DNA of 64,000 nt, taken from the IMG/VR virus record IMGVR_UViG_3300035208_004239, positions 195,611-259,610 of that record; one strand, written 5' to 3'. The notes under the pieces are model-generated. The model saw only the letters and a program-made list of their open reading frames with translations, was not told the origin of the DNA and searched no databases. Below are positions 37,582-48,289 of this stretch, one piece after another; positions within the stretch are counted from its first letter, which is position 1, and every line of letters starts with the position of its first letter. The DNA is from a virus. Its lineage: Duplodnaviria; Heunggongvirae; Uroviricota; Caudoviricetes. Made by a program: the position numbers and the translations under genes.

Positions 37582-39730
37582 AATAGAAAATTTTAGAAAT
37601 GTGTTAATAAATAAACCATTTATTAAATCAATAATTAATGATTTGAGAGGTGAATGTTATGCTGTAGGGGGGGTTGTTCGTGATTTAATACTAAATAAAC
37701 CAAATAAAGATATTGATTTAGTTATTAGAAATGTTCCGATTGATAAACTAATTTTACAATTACAAAAATTTGGTAAGGTTGATGTCGTTGGTAAATCATT
37801 TGGTGTTATTAAATTTATTGATTCTGATGGTATTGAATATGATTTAGCACTTCCAAGAACAGAAAAAAAAAATAATTTGGGGGGATATAGGGGATTTAAT
37901 GTTCAAAGTGATCCAAATTTATCTGTTGATGACGAACTTTTCAGAAGAGATGCAAAATTAAATGCTATGGCAATTAATTTAAATACTGGTAAATTTATTG
38001 ATCCTTTGGGTGGATTAGAAGATATTGAAAAAAAACAAATATCTGCTGCAAATCCGGAAGCATTTAGTGATGATCCATTACGTATGTTAAGAATGGTTGG
38101 TTTTGCATCACGTTTTGGTTTTACAATTGAACCAAAAACAATGCAATTAATACAACAGAATGCTCAAAGAATAAAAGAAATTCCCCCGGAAAGGATTTTA
38201 ACTGAATTTGAGAAAATAGTTAAAAAAGGAAATAAAAGAGTTGGTGCACAATTACTTAAAAATACGGGATTATATAATCAAATTTTTGGTTCTGATTTAA
38301 AGCAATCTGTAATAGATAGGAGTCCATTTGAAGATATTAAAACAATGGGTGAATTTATTTATTTATTAATACGGTTAAAATCAGACCCTGCAACATTTTA
38401 TAAAAATAATTTAAAGGGTGATATTGACACATTTAAAGAAATTAAAGCAATTGATATTGCATATAATAGTAGTGAAAATTCCAATTCAATTAAAGCAAAA
38501 GCGGTTGCACACAATATGTATGCGTTATCTCCGCAATCACTTCAAAGTAAAATATTACCAAATATTATTGAAATTGCAGCACAGGAATTGCTTACTGGTA
38601 AATATCCTAAAATACTTGGTGATTTAGCAATAAATGGTAATGATTTAACTGAAATAGGTTTTAAAAGTAAAGAAATTGGAAATATGCTTAAATCATTATT
38701 ATTAAATATATATGCCGATAAAATTAAAAATAATAAAGAAGAACTTTTAAATTTTGCTGAACAAAATAAATCAAGAAGTGGTGAAGTATTTGATGGAATA
38801 GCTGTTTATAGTGGTGTAATACTTGATGAAGAATCAAGACAAAAATTAATTAAGGTTTTTAGTAGAATGATACCTAAAGATTGGGAAATAATTACACACC
38901 ATATGACAATTAAAACTGGTAGACTTGATCCAGATTCTAATGAAAAAAAGGATATTGAAAACAATAAAACAGTTGAATTAAGTGTTCTTGATTATGCAAT
39001 GGATGATAAAGTAATGGCGGTTGGGGTTAAAGGTTATCCAAGTCAAAATACGAAACCACACATAACTTTGGGAGTTAATAGAAATGATGATGGTAAACCA
39101 GCAATGTCAAATAATTTAACTAATTGGAAACCACTTGGTTTTCCATTAAAATTAACTGGAAAAGTTCGAGAAATTGAAGAAGAAATTAAAAATGTAAATG
39201 TTATTAACGAAAACGATAACATAAAAATTGAATATGGCTCATTAATGTTAAATTTAAATATTCCTAATTGGATTAGAATAACTTCAATTATTAATAAAAA
39301 TGATATTTATAATGAAGAAGGTTTTGGAATTGAAAACGAACCACATTTAACAATTTTATATGGTTTTCATAATAATGTTACTGCGAATGATGTTTTTGAT
39401 TTATATAAATCAGTAACTAAACTAAAACCAATTAAAATAATAACAACAGGTATTTCAAGTTTTGAAAATAATGAGTTTGATGTTGTAAAATTAGATGTTG
39501 AAGTTACTAATTTTTTAAAATTATTAAATAAAAATATGAGGGAATTTCCAAACACTAATGAATTTAATGAATATAATCCACATGTTACAATTAGTTATGT
39601 AAAAAAGGGTTGTGGGAAAAAATATAATAAAGTATTTAAAAATAAAATAAATTTAATTGGTGATGAATTAGTTTTTTCAACAAAAAAAAATAAACAAAAA
39701 AAAATAAAATTGAATAAAGAAAAGGAATAA
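37574..39730 (+). CDS. CCA-adding/poly(A) polymerase-family nucleotidyltransferase fused to two 2H phosphoesterase domains
   Basis: VGGVVRD..DIDL, RRD..NAMA, DDPLRMLR, ERI; HMT/HIT and HLT/HVT 2H motif pairs. Confidence 0.85.
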   Translation: MSKIENFRNVLINKPFIKSIINDLRGECYAVGGVVRDLILNKPNKDIDLVIRNVPIDKLILQLQKFGKVDVVGKSFGVIKFIDSDGIEYDLALPRTEKKNNLGGYRGFNVQSDPNLSVDDELFRRDAKLNAMAINLNTGKFIDPLGGLEDIEKKQISAANPEAFSDDPLRMLRMVGFASRFGFTIEPKTMQLIQQNAQRIKEIPPERILTEFEKIVKKGNKRVGAQLLKNTGLYNQIFGSDLKQSVIDRSPFEDIKTMGEFIYLLIRLKSDPATFYKNNLKGDIDTFKEIKAIDIAYNSSENSNSIKAKAVAHNMYALSPQSLQSKILPNIIEIAAQELLTGKYPKILGDLAINGNDLTEIGFKSKEIGNMLKSLLLNIYADKIKNNKEELLNFAEQNKSRSGEVFDGIAVYSGVILDEESRQKLIKVFSRMIPKDWEIITHHMTIKTGRLDPDSNEKKDIENNKTVELSVLDYAMDDKVMAVGVKGYPSQNTKPHITLGVNRNDDGKPAMSNNLTNWKPLGFPLKLTGKVREIEEEIKNVNVINENDNIKIEYGSLMLNLNIPNWIRITSIINKNDIYNEEGFGIENEPHLTILYGFHNNVTANDVFDLYKSVTKLKPIKIITTGISSFENNEFDVVKLDVEVTNFLKLLNKNMREFPNTNEFNEYNPHVTISYVKKGCGKKYNKVFKNKINLIGDELVFSTKKNKQKKIKLNKEKE

Positions 39731-39742
39731 AAAATTATAATA

Positions 39743-40639
39743 ATGAGATTAGTTGCTTTCGACTTTGATAAAACATTAATTAATTCTCCTTTGGAAGATG
39801 AAGGTAAAGAAATATGGCTTGAAAAAACCGGAAATTCATATCCATATAAAGGATGGTGGGGAAGACCTGAAAGTTTAGACATTAATGTTTTTAATATTAA
39901 ACCATTTCCAAGCATATATAAACAATATAAAAAGGAAATTTCTACACCAGATACTTATGTAATCATTCTTACATCAAGAATAGAAAAATTACGACCACAA
40001 ATTGAAGCAATTTTAAATAAAAATGATATACATGTCAATGAAATTGATATGTTTAATGATAAATTAACAAAAGGTCAAAGAATTCTTGAATATCTTAAAA
40101 AATTTCCAGATTTAATTGAGATTAATGTATATGAAGATCGTCAAAGTGATATAGTTGCTTTAAAAAGTATTAGAAATCAAATTCCAGAAAATATTACATA
40201 TAATATTTATTATGCAAGTAATGGTAATTTAGTATTATTAGAATCAACTTCTAAAATAAATAATATTGTTAAAGAAGAAATTGAAAAATTTATAAATAAC
40301 GATAATTATATATATCATGGTACACATATCGGTGCAGGTTTTCATATACAACGTGATGGTAAAATGAAATTATTTAATGAACCATATATTTCGTTTACCA
40401 GTGATCCAAATGTTGCAAAATATTATGCTAATATGAAAGGCGGTTCTTCTGGAAGAAATATTATTTTAAGAACAAACTTAACTAAGGATTTTCAAGAATC
40501 TCCAAAATATGAAAAAAATAATGGACATGAATGGATAACTACAAAAGAAATACCTGTTGATGAATTGGAAATAAATAGTAAATATGGTTGGATTCCATTA
40601 AATAATTGGGATTTTATTGACAATAATATTAAAAAATAA
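39743..40639 (+). CDS. Swiss-Army-Knife-type HAD phosphatase fused to an ART-like domain
   Basis: FDFDKTL.NSP...GWW...ILTSR...VYEDR; C-terminal YHGT...SFTSD...A..YA...EW. Confidence 0.65.
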   Translation: MRLVAFDFDKTLINSPLEDEGKEIWLEKTGNSYPYKGWWGRPESLDINVFNIKPFPSIYKQYKKEISTPDTYVIILTSRIEKLRPQIEAILNKNDIHVNEIDMFNDKLTKGQRILEYLKKFPDLIEINVYEDRQSDIVALKSIRNQIPENITYNIYYASNGNLVLLESTSKINNIVKEEIEKFINNDNYIYHGTHIGAGFHIQRDGKMKLFNEPYISFTSDPNVAKYYANMKGGSSGRNIILRTNLTKDFQESPKYEKNNGHEWITTKEIPVDELEINSKYGWIPLNNWDFIDNNIKK

Positions 40640-40668
40640 AATATTAGTATTTATAGAAAAATATTCCA

Positions 40669-41499
40669 ATGATAGATATGAGATATAAACCACGTTTTTT
40701 GCCACAAGTTAGTGCACCATATACAATCATGTTGCAAAAACTTGATGATGATGGTGTGGATTATGATATCGTTGAAATTGATCCAAACGAATTAGAACCA
40801 TTACAAGGAATTACTTTTTCGGATGAAGTTGAAAATGTAAATCTTAATGATATGAATCCAATTTGGATGTCAAACAATAATAAAGTTCTTGATGGTCATC
40901 ATAGAATGGTTCGTGGATTACTTGATAATAAAAAATTAAAAGCAATTCGAATTAATTTAAACGAAAAAGATGCTGCCAGAGTTTTAAATAAAATCCATGA
41001 TATTTATGAGTATGAACAAGCACATGGGATGGAAGAAACTACTAATGATGAAGTAATTAATGATGAAAATCAGGCAAGTGCGGGTGTAAGTCAAAGCGAA
41101 TTTCTTGCTTCACTTGAAGAAGATAATATGACAATTCAACAAGAAAAATCTGAAGGAAATGAAAAAACAATTATAGCCTATCGAAAAGAACCGATAAAGA
41201 AAAATTCAGTTGTTGGTAATTTTTTTACATTAAATCCAATTGATGGTTTTACTAAATATCAAATAGATTTTGATAATTTATTAGATACAAATGAATTGGG
41301 TGTAACATATAAAGATGGTCAACAACCAGTAGATATTTTAGCTAAAATATGGTTTCCACACATAAATTTTGAAAAAATAAGTAGTCAATATAATACCGAT
41401 TCAAATAATATTAAAAGTAAAGCTATTGCTGAAAAAGCAATGAAACTTGGTTATGATGGTGTTAAATATGGCGATAAAATAATACAAGGATTAAAATAA
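40669..41499 (+). CDS. ParB/Srx-like domain protein
   Basis: L.P.Q...PIW.S....VLDGHHR. Confidence 0.6.
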   Translation: MIDMRYKPRFLPQVSAPYTIMLQKLDDDGVDYDIVEIDPNELEPLQGITFSDEVENVNLNDMNPIWMSNNNKVLDGHHRMVRGLLDNKKLKAIRINLNEKDAARVLNKIHDIYEYEQAHGMEETTNDEVINDENQASAGVSQSEFLASLEEDNMTIQQEKSEGNEKTIIAYRKEPIKKNSVVGNFFTLNPIDGFTKYQIDFDNLLDTNELGVTYKDGQQPVDILAKIWFPHINFEKISSQYNTDSNNIKSKAIAEKAMKLGYDGVKYGDKIIQGLK

Positions 41500-41507
41500 T
41501 TAAAGAT

Positions 41508-41840
41508 ATGAGTACATATAGAATTACAAATATAACTAATCTTGCCGGAAAACGTGATTTTAAATATAATTCAGTTTTGGATATTAATTATGTTGATGGT
41601 ATGATGAAAAAAATTAAGAAAGTTAAACCGGGAGATACAATGTTTTTAACCGTTTCAACGCTACCACTTTCAATTCATAGATTAAGGGTTAAAGGTTTAA
41701 TTACTGTAATTGAAGTGGGATCGAAAGAATTGGATAATGAATTGATTGGAAAAAATTTTTCAATTCCAACAAAAAATGAAGAAGTTCTTGAACAAAAATC
41801 CGAAACAAAAAAACATATTAAAAAAAAGGTAATTAAATAA
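41508..41840 (+). CDS. hypothetical protein
   Basis: 110-aa ORF. Confidence 0.6.
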   Translation: MSTYRITNITNLAGKRDFKYNSVLDINYVDGMMKKIKKVKPGDTMFLTVSTLPLSIHRLRVKGLITVIEVGSKELDNELIGKNFSIPTKNEEVLEQKSETKKHIKKKVIK

Positions 41841-41859
41841 GAGTAACATAATTTTTTAT

Positions 41860-41890
41860 AAAAAATGTCAACTAAATGTTGACATTTTTT
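41860..41890. terminator. intrinsic terminator
   Basis: aaaaaatgtcaac-taaat-gttgacatttttt. Confidence 0.8.
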
Positions 41891-42002
41891 ATTTTCAATA
41901 GATAAAAATAATATAATTTTTTAAAAAACCTTTTATCTTTTGTGTTTTTCATTTACTTTTATGTATTTATAATTAATTACAAAAAAATATAATATTTTAT
42001 AA

Positions 42003-42989
42003 ATGGTAAATGAATTAGATATTATTGATGATTTTAAAAATGGATTTAACATTTCTGCATTGGAATCAAAATATGGTGGAAGAAGAAAAACATTACGTAA
42101 GATATTATTTAAAAATAATTTAATTGATTCGATTGAACCAGTTAGAAAATGTTATTTTAATGGTGGCAATAAAGACGATATTAAAAATAAAGTATTAATA
42201 AAATATAAAAATGAAAAAAATCTAAAAATTTTAAGTGATGAATTTAAAATACCCATAATGTCAATATACAATTTTTTAAGAAAAGAGGATGTTTTTAATT
42301 CTGAATATGGAAAACAATTACATCATAATAAAGTAAGAAAATATTCATTAAATGAACAATATTTTGACAATATTGATTGTGAAGAAAAAGCATATTTTTG
42401 GGGAATTTTATATGCTGATGGCAATAATTCAATAAAAAAAACTGAAATAAAATTAAATCTACAAGAAGATGATCATGAAATATTAATTAAATTAAATAAT
42501 TTATTACAACCAACAAAACCAATCTTATATAAACCAACAAATAGAATCAATTGCAAATCACAATATGCGTTAATTATTAATTCTAAGATTATATCATATA
42601 GATTAAATGAATTAGGTATCGTACCAAATAAAACATTTAAAGTAGAATATCCTACATGGTTAAATAATGATTTAAATAGACATTTTATTAGAGGATATTT
42701 TGATGGTGATGGTTGCGTTACATTTAATAAAATTAATAAACAATTATGTATTAGTTTTACTGGAACTGAAAATATGATGTTAGGTATACAAAGAATCTTG
42801 ATGGATCAATTAGATTTTTATAAAACAAAATTAAGTAATAGATATCCAGAAAGAAATAACAACATTAGGTCATTAATGTATTTTGGTAATGGAAATTCCA
42901 GAAAATTTTATAATTATTTATATAATAATTCTAAAATATATATGGCAAGAAAGAAAAATAAATTTAATAAACATTTAAAATTAAATTAA
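42003..42989 (+). mobile_element. free-standing LAGLIDADG homing endonuclease with an N-terminal HTH
   Basis: AYFWGILYADG and HFIRGYFDGDG. Confidence 0.85.
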
Positions 42990-42991
42990 AT

Positions 42992-45496
42992 ATGGATGGA
43001 AAAATAAAGATACTTTTTTATACGTTAGATTCTGCCGGGGTAGCGTATTTTCGTACACTTACTCCAGCAATGGAAATAGAAAGAAATCATAGTGATGAAT
43101 TTTATGTTGAAATTAACCCACAAATTAATTTTAATGATCCTAAATTTGTTGACTACTTAAAATCATTTCATATTATACATTATCATCGTCAATTTTTGAG
43201 TGATAGTAAACAAATGTTAAATTTAGCTAATGAGTTAAGAAAATCTGGAACAATTTTGATCTGTGATATTGATGATTATTGGCAATTACATAAAAAACAT
43301 CCATTTTATAGTATGAGCCTCGAAAAAAAACTTTATATACCTATTTTGGAAAACTTAAAAATTGCTGATTATGTTACAACCACTACAGATTTATTTGCAA
43401 ATGAAATTCGTAAAGTAACTGGTAGAGATAATGTTGGAGTATTTTATAATTCAGTTGATCCAACATGGATGAAACAATTTCAGAATAACTGGAAACCAGA
43501 CCCGGATGGTAGAGTTAGGATAAGTTATATGGCAGGGTCGAGCCATATGGTTGATATTGAACAACTTGAAGGAGTTATGAATGTATTATCAAATGATACT
43601 TCATTAAGAGATAAATTTAAAGTAATTATAGCAGGTTGGGATACTGAAGGTAATACTACTGATATTACATTTAATCAGGAGTTTGGAACTGAACTCCAAA
43701 AAAGAGGTTTATGGGTATATGAAGTAGTTAAAGCAATTAATAATTCAAGAGGTGATGTGGATAAAATACCTAAATTACCCGCAGATTTAAAAGAAAAATA
43801 TAGGGGAAAGATTTTTGATTCACAACAGAGAGATATTAAATCAACTGAAAGTGTTTATTATTTATATGAAAATATTTTAACGGATAAACATAGAATGATA
43901 AATAATCCTGATTATTACCAATGGTTACATAATTTTGAAAGAAATGTTGATTATCCCAATGAAGGAAATTTTGCACGTAGATGGACACAAAAAGCAAATA
44001 CTTATGCACAAGTTTTAAATGAAACTGATATTGTACTTGCACCATTGGCTGATAATTCATTTAATAGAATGAAATGTGTTACTGAAGATACTTTAATATC
44101 AACCAATAAGGGGATATATAAAATTGGTGATATTGTCAATAATTCTTGTAAGGACATTAAAATAATGCATGAAAATGTTATTAATTTATTTAAATATCCA
44201 AATGAAAGGGTAATTAAATTAACAACACATATTGGTGTTGAAATTGAGGGTACTGAGACACATAGAATAATGGTAGGGGGTGAGTGGAAAATGTTAAAAG
44301 ATTTTGAAATTGGTGATCTTATTAATATTTCTCCTTTTGAAATTGAAACAAAAGAATACCAAAGAATTCATTATCCATTATTATTAAGTAAGAGGATAAC
44401 TGAAACAACATTAAATAATTCAACTAAACTAATGATGCCGTCAATTGAAATTAATGAGAATTACGGTAGATTTTTTGGATACATGGTTGGTGATGGTCAT
44501 TTTTCAAAGGGTTATTTAAATATAAGTTGTGATAAAAGACATATAAATGTGGTTCAAGATATTAAAGAACTTGTTGAAAGCATGGGATTAATGCCCATTA
44601 TATATGAGAAAAAACCGGATAGTCGTTGTATAAATTCATATATTAAAGAGGGTTTTGGTATTGAAGTTAGAATACCATCGAAGCATTTAGCAAATATATG
44701 TTATCAAGAGAATTTGAGAGATGAAAAGGGAAAGATTTTTGAAGTACCTCATTTTATATTAAAATCTCCAAAGTCTGTAATACGAGAATTTTTACGTGGA
44801 TTATTCGAAGCAGACGGAACTGTTAATGCGGAATCATCAAACATGAGTTTATGTACAAAAAGCTTTATTTTAGCCAAACAAGTACAATATTTATTACTTG
44901 GGTTTGGGATTGTATCAATCATAGACAAAGCATTGAATAAGAAATATAAAAGATATTACTATTATGTTAAATTGAACCGTGATGCTTCGGATATTTTCTA
45001 CAGTGAAATTGGGTTTATATCCGAAATTAAGTGTGAAAAATTAAAGAGAATTACCGAAAAATTACATAGTAATAGATTTATGAAACAAAGTTTTAATACT
45101 ACCATTCTAAATGTTGAATATTCGGTAAAGGATGTTTATGATGTTGAGGTTGAAAATATTCATCAATATAATGGTAATGGTATAATTAATCATAATTCAA
45201 ATCTTAAGCAAGTTGAATGTTGGACAAGAAAACTTCCTATTGTGTGTTCAGATATTCCACCTTATAATGTACATGGTAGGCATATGGAAAATTGTGTGTT
45301 AATCCCTGCTGTAAAAAATGCACATAAATATTGGCAAAAATATTTAAAAAGACTAATTTTAAATCCTGATTTAAGAAAACAAATTGGTGAACAACTTTAT
45401 GAGGATTTTAAAGAAGACTATAATCTTGCAAATGTTACTAAAAAACGTATAGAGTTTTATAAAGCAGCGGTTGCAAAAACATTGGCAGTAATTTAA
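42992..45496 (+). CDS. GT-B (GT4-like) glycosyltransferase containing an intein
   Basis: GVAYFR..P, DIDDYW, DIVLAPL..N.FN.MK|SNLK..E...P.V.SD. Confidence 0.8.
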   Translation: MDGKIKILFYTLDSAGVAYFRTLTPAMEIERNHSDEFYVEINPQINFNDPKFVDYLKSFHIIHYHRQFLSDSKQMLNLANELRKSGTILICDIDDYWQLHKKHPFYSMSLEKKLYIPILENLKIADYVTTTTDLFANEIRKVTGRDNVGVFYNSVDPTWMKQFQNNWKPDPDGRVRISYMAGSSHMVDIEQLEGVMNVLSNDTSLRDKFKVIIAGWDTEGNTTDITFNQEFGTELQKRGLWVYEVVKAINNSRGDVDKIPKLPADLKEKYRGKIFDSQQRDIKSTESVYYLYENILTDKHRMINNPDYYQWLHNFERNVDYPNEGNFARRWTQKANTYAQVLNETDIVLAPLADNSFNRMKCVTEDTLISTNKGIYKIGDIVNNSCKDIKIMHENVINLFKYPNERVIKLTTHIGVEIEGTETHRIMVGGEWKMLKDFEIGDLINISPFEIETKEYQRIHYPLLLSKRITETTLNNSTKLMMPSIEINENYGRFFGYMVGDGHFSKGYLNISCDKRHINVVQDIKELVESMGLMPIIYEKKPDSRCINSYIKEGFGIEVRIPSKHLANICYQENLRDEKGKIFEVPHFILKSPKSVIREFLRGLFEADGTVNAESSNMSLCTKSFILAKQVQYLLLGFGIVSIIDKALNKKYKRYYYYVKLNRDASDIFYSEIGFISEIKCEKLKRITEKLHSNRFMKQSFNTTILNVEYSVKDVYDVEVENIHQYNGNGIINHNSNLKQVECWTRKLPIVCSDIPPYNVHGRHMENCVLIPAVKNAHKYWQKYLKRLILNPDLRKQIGEQLYEDFKEDYNLANVTKKRIEFYKAAVAKTLAVI
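44075..45196 (+). mobile_element. intein with a LAGLIDADG endonuclease (374 aa)
   Basis: Starts CVTEDT, ends IINHN before Ser; FFGYMVGDG and FLRGLFEADG. Confidence 0.9.
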
Positions 45497-45506
45497 AATT
45501 AATTTT

Positions 45507-45976
45507 ATGAAAAAAAAAGAAAAAAAGAAACTGAAGAAAGAAAAAAAACAGAAAAAATTTCAAGCTTCTAAAGAAAAAGAATTAAAAAATTTCGTAAGAA
45601 AAAAGAAAAAAAAGAAAAAAAAATTCACAAAAAGGTAGAAGAAGCATTTAAAGTTAGAATTGCTACCCAAAATTTTACCGGATTAAAATCTGTTGATCAA
45701 CCTAAAACGGACAAAATTATTAATAATCTAACTAAATCGGTTATCCTTAATGATAAATTATTGAAAGAAGATGGAAATCGATTGAAAGAACAGCAAGAAA
45801 ACCATATCAATCAATTATTTGCTGAATTTAGAAATTTAGTTAATAAATATTATGAAGCATTAAATGTTGACATTAATAAACTTAAAAATGAAATTGTTCG
45901 TAAAAAATATGAATTAGAAACACTTAATGAACAAATAAAAGTAAAAGAAAAAAAAGCTGAGTTAGTAACTGAATGA
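45507..45976 (+). other. Lys-rich/coiled-coil gene split by a -1 frameshift (45507-45638 in frame 0; -1 frame open to 45976)
   Basis: The ATG frame stops at TAG 45636-45638; the overlapping -1 frame is open from ~45572 to TGA 45976. Confidence 0.55.
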
Positions 45977-46890
45977 AAAAAATCTTAGGAAAAATAATTT
46001 TGTGGATTTATATTAAAATTCATAGTTTAATGATTAATCTAAGTATTGCACTTTATAATACTGAAGAAGAAATACTTAAAGCTAATCCAAATGATTTACA
46101 AGAAAAGGATAAGAAGACTACAAGAAAACTTCATCGAAATCCATTACTTGAAAAATTTTATGCGGGGCAACGTGATGAGAAGTATGTTCAAGATTATTAT
46201 GAATTATTAAAAAAAACTGATAATTTTATACGTAAAGCAACTCCATATAAAATGGGAGTTGCTGCAGATAAATACCATATGAATTATGGTCAAAAAGATC
46301 AATACGGTAGAAGATATGAACATATGGGTTTTTTTGATGATAAACATAAAAATGCCGGGAAAACATTGGGTGAAGTATTGGTAGCAGAATATAAAGAAAG
46401 ACGCACAAAAGATGATGAATATGAACTTCTCTATATTTTCAATAATAAACCTGTTGAAACTGGATTAGCTAATATTATAGATGTTGTTGAAAAAACAAAA
46501 AAAGAAAAGATTAATTTTGAATATGAAGTACAAGATATTTTTAAAAAATCTAAACAATTCACGTTTCCATTGAAAGTTTTTCATGAAAATATTAACACAA
46601 TTAATAAAATTGAACAATTAACCGAATTTTTACATATAAAAAAAATTGGTTTTGAATATAGACAGTTAGAATTTTTTATACCATTAAATTTTAAAACTAA
46701 TGAAGTTCCTGATGATTCAGAAGTGTTTAGAGAACTTATTGATATTAAAAATGTATATATTATAAATGATTATGGTGAATTAATTGGTTTTGGTATAATT
46801 AATTTTATTAAAAGAATAAAACATAATAACACCCATGAAGTCTGGAAATTTAAAGGGATTGAAATGGAGACAGTAAAAGTGGGAAGATAA
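45973..46890 (+). CDS. hypothetical protein
   Basis: 305-aa ORF with a hydrophobic N-terminus. Confidence 0.65.
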   Translation: MKKILGKIILWIYIKIHSLMINLSIALYNTEEEILKANPNDLQEKDKKTTRKLHRNPLLEKFYAGQRDEKYVQDYYELLKKTDNFIRKATPYKMGVAADKYHMNYGQKDQYGRRYEHMGFFDDKHKNAGKTLGEVLVAEYKERRTKDDEYELLYIFNNKPVETGLANIIDVVEKTKKEKINFEYEVQDIFKKSKQFTFPLKVFHENINTINKIEQLTEFLHIKKIGFEYRQLEFFIPLNFKTNEVPDDSEVFRELIDIKNVYIINDYGELIGFGIINFIKRIKHNNTHEVWKFKGIEMETVKVGR

Positions 46891-46901
46891 AATTTTATAA
46901 T

Positions 46902-47330
46902 ATGGGAAATTTTTTAGACGATCTTAAAAAGGCTGTTGAAAAAGGTGAATTTAATTCTGATGCAGCAAAAAAAATAAATGATATTAATGAACTTGCTAAT
47001 CAAAAAGGTAATGCTGGTGCGTTATTAGAAAAACGCTTAGAAACTGCTGGTATTAAAACTGCTTCTGAAGAAGAAGCTACGTTAGCAAATACTGAGTATG
47101 AAAATCAAATGATTATGTTAAAAAAACAAGATGATTATAATAAATTAGTTGTAACACTTATTGAAATTGAAGATATGGTGAAAATGAGTATCAATGATAT
47201 GTTTTCACACATCATTGAACTTGAAAGTAAATTCGAAAAAGAATTTGAAAATAAAGACCCAATGTTTGTTGATTTATATCAAAAAATTAATGAAATTAAA
47301 TCTAAATATGATAAATTAAATAACATTTAA
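46902..47330 (+). CDS. hypothetical coiled-coil protein
   Basis: 142-aa ORF. Confidence 0.65.
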   Translation: MGNFLDDLKKAVEKGEFNSDAAKKINDINELANQKGNAGALLEKRLETAGIKTASEEEATLANTEYENQMIMLKKQDDYNKLVVTLIEIEDMVKMSINDMFSHIIELESKFEKEFENKDPMFVDLYQKINEIKSKYDKLNNI

Positions 47331-47340
47331 ATTAAAATTT

Positions 47341-47805
47341 ATGGCAAAATTTGAAAAAGCATCTGATGATGTCGTCAATTTATTTGACGAAATAAAAGAA
47401 AAAACCACAATTCCACATTGGATTTCATTTGAAATTCTTTGTAATGTCAAACAAAAAGAACTCTATAAAATTGTTAAAATGAATGATCTTATTGAAACAA
47501 TTACCGATGGAGTTAATTTTGCTGTTGTTTTTAATGAAGACATTCTTGATCAAATGCCTGATGAACAAAAAGAAATGGCAATTATTGAATGTCTTGCTGG
47601 TGTTTCATTTAATGAAAATGATACTGTTTCATTAGAAAAACCAAATTTCAGTACATATCGGGGAGTTCTTGAAAAATATGGACATGATCCGATTATAGTA
47701 TTACATGAATCAATTAAAAGTCTTTTTGATGCTAAGAAACAAAAAGAAGATGAATTGAAAGCAACAAATAAAGGTAAAAGAGGTAGAAATAGAATTACCA
47801 AATAG
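47341..47805 (+). CDS. phage metallopeptidase-like protein, probably inactive
   Basis: FAVVFNEDILDQMPDEQKEMAIIECLAGV...F...LEKYG resembles the family but lacks HExxH. Confidence 0.4.
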   Translation: MAKFEKASDDVVNLFDEIKEKTTIPHWISFEILCNVKQKELYKIVKMNDLIETITDGVNFAVVFNEDILDQMPDEQKEMAIIECLAGVSFNENDTVSLEKPNFSTYRGVLEKYGHDPIIVLHESIKSLFDAKKQKEDELKATNKGKRGRNRITK

Positions 47806-47826
47806 TATTTAATATTATATAAATAT

Positions 47827-47858
47827 AAATCCCGGCAATTAGTTGTCGGGATTTTTTT
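47827..47858 (+). terminator. intrinsic terminator
   Basis: aaatcccggcaat-ta-gttgtcgggattttttt. Confidence 0.8.
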
Positions 47859-47890
47859 GTTTATAAGTATTTATAGAAAAATCTTTTATA

Positions 47891-48286
47891 ATGACATATA
47901 ATATTAAATTTCCAATTAACGATGATGTTAACGTAAATACTTATTTTGCTTTAAGTAAAATAACTAAAGATGCTTTAACTTCAGATTTATTATTGTTGTT
48001 ATTAACCCAAAAAGGTGAAAGATATTATGAACCAGATTATGGTACAGATTTATTAAGATTTATTTTTGAACCAAACGATAATTTAGTTGAACCAGATGTT
48101 GAACAGGAAATTAAAAGAATAGTTTCATTATATATTCCTGCATTAAGAATCGATAAAATAACTTTCACTACCCTATCGAATGATGATGGTTTACCAATAT
48201 CTGAAACACAATTAAATGTCAATATTAAATTTACATATTCAGAAGATACATTTACTGAACAAGGAAGTCTTGATTTAAAATTTTAA
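47891..48286 (+). CDS. baseplate wedge protein, gp25-like
   Basis: IKFP...LLLLTQKGERY..PDYGT.L...IFEP. Confidence 0.85.
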   Translation: MTYNIKFPINDDVNVNTYFALSKITKDALTSDLLLLLLTQKGERYYEPDYGTDLLRFIFEPNDNLVEPDVEQEIKRIVSLYIPALRIDKITFTTLSNDDGLPISETQLNVNIKFTYSEDTFTEQGSLDLKF

Positions 48287-48289
48287 AAT

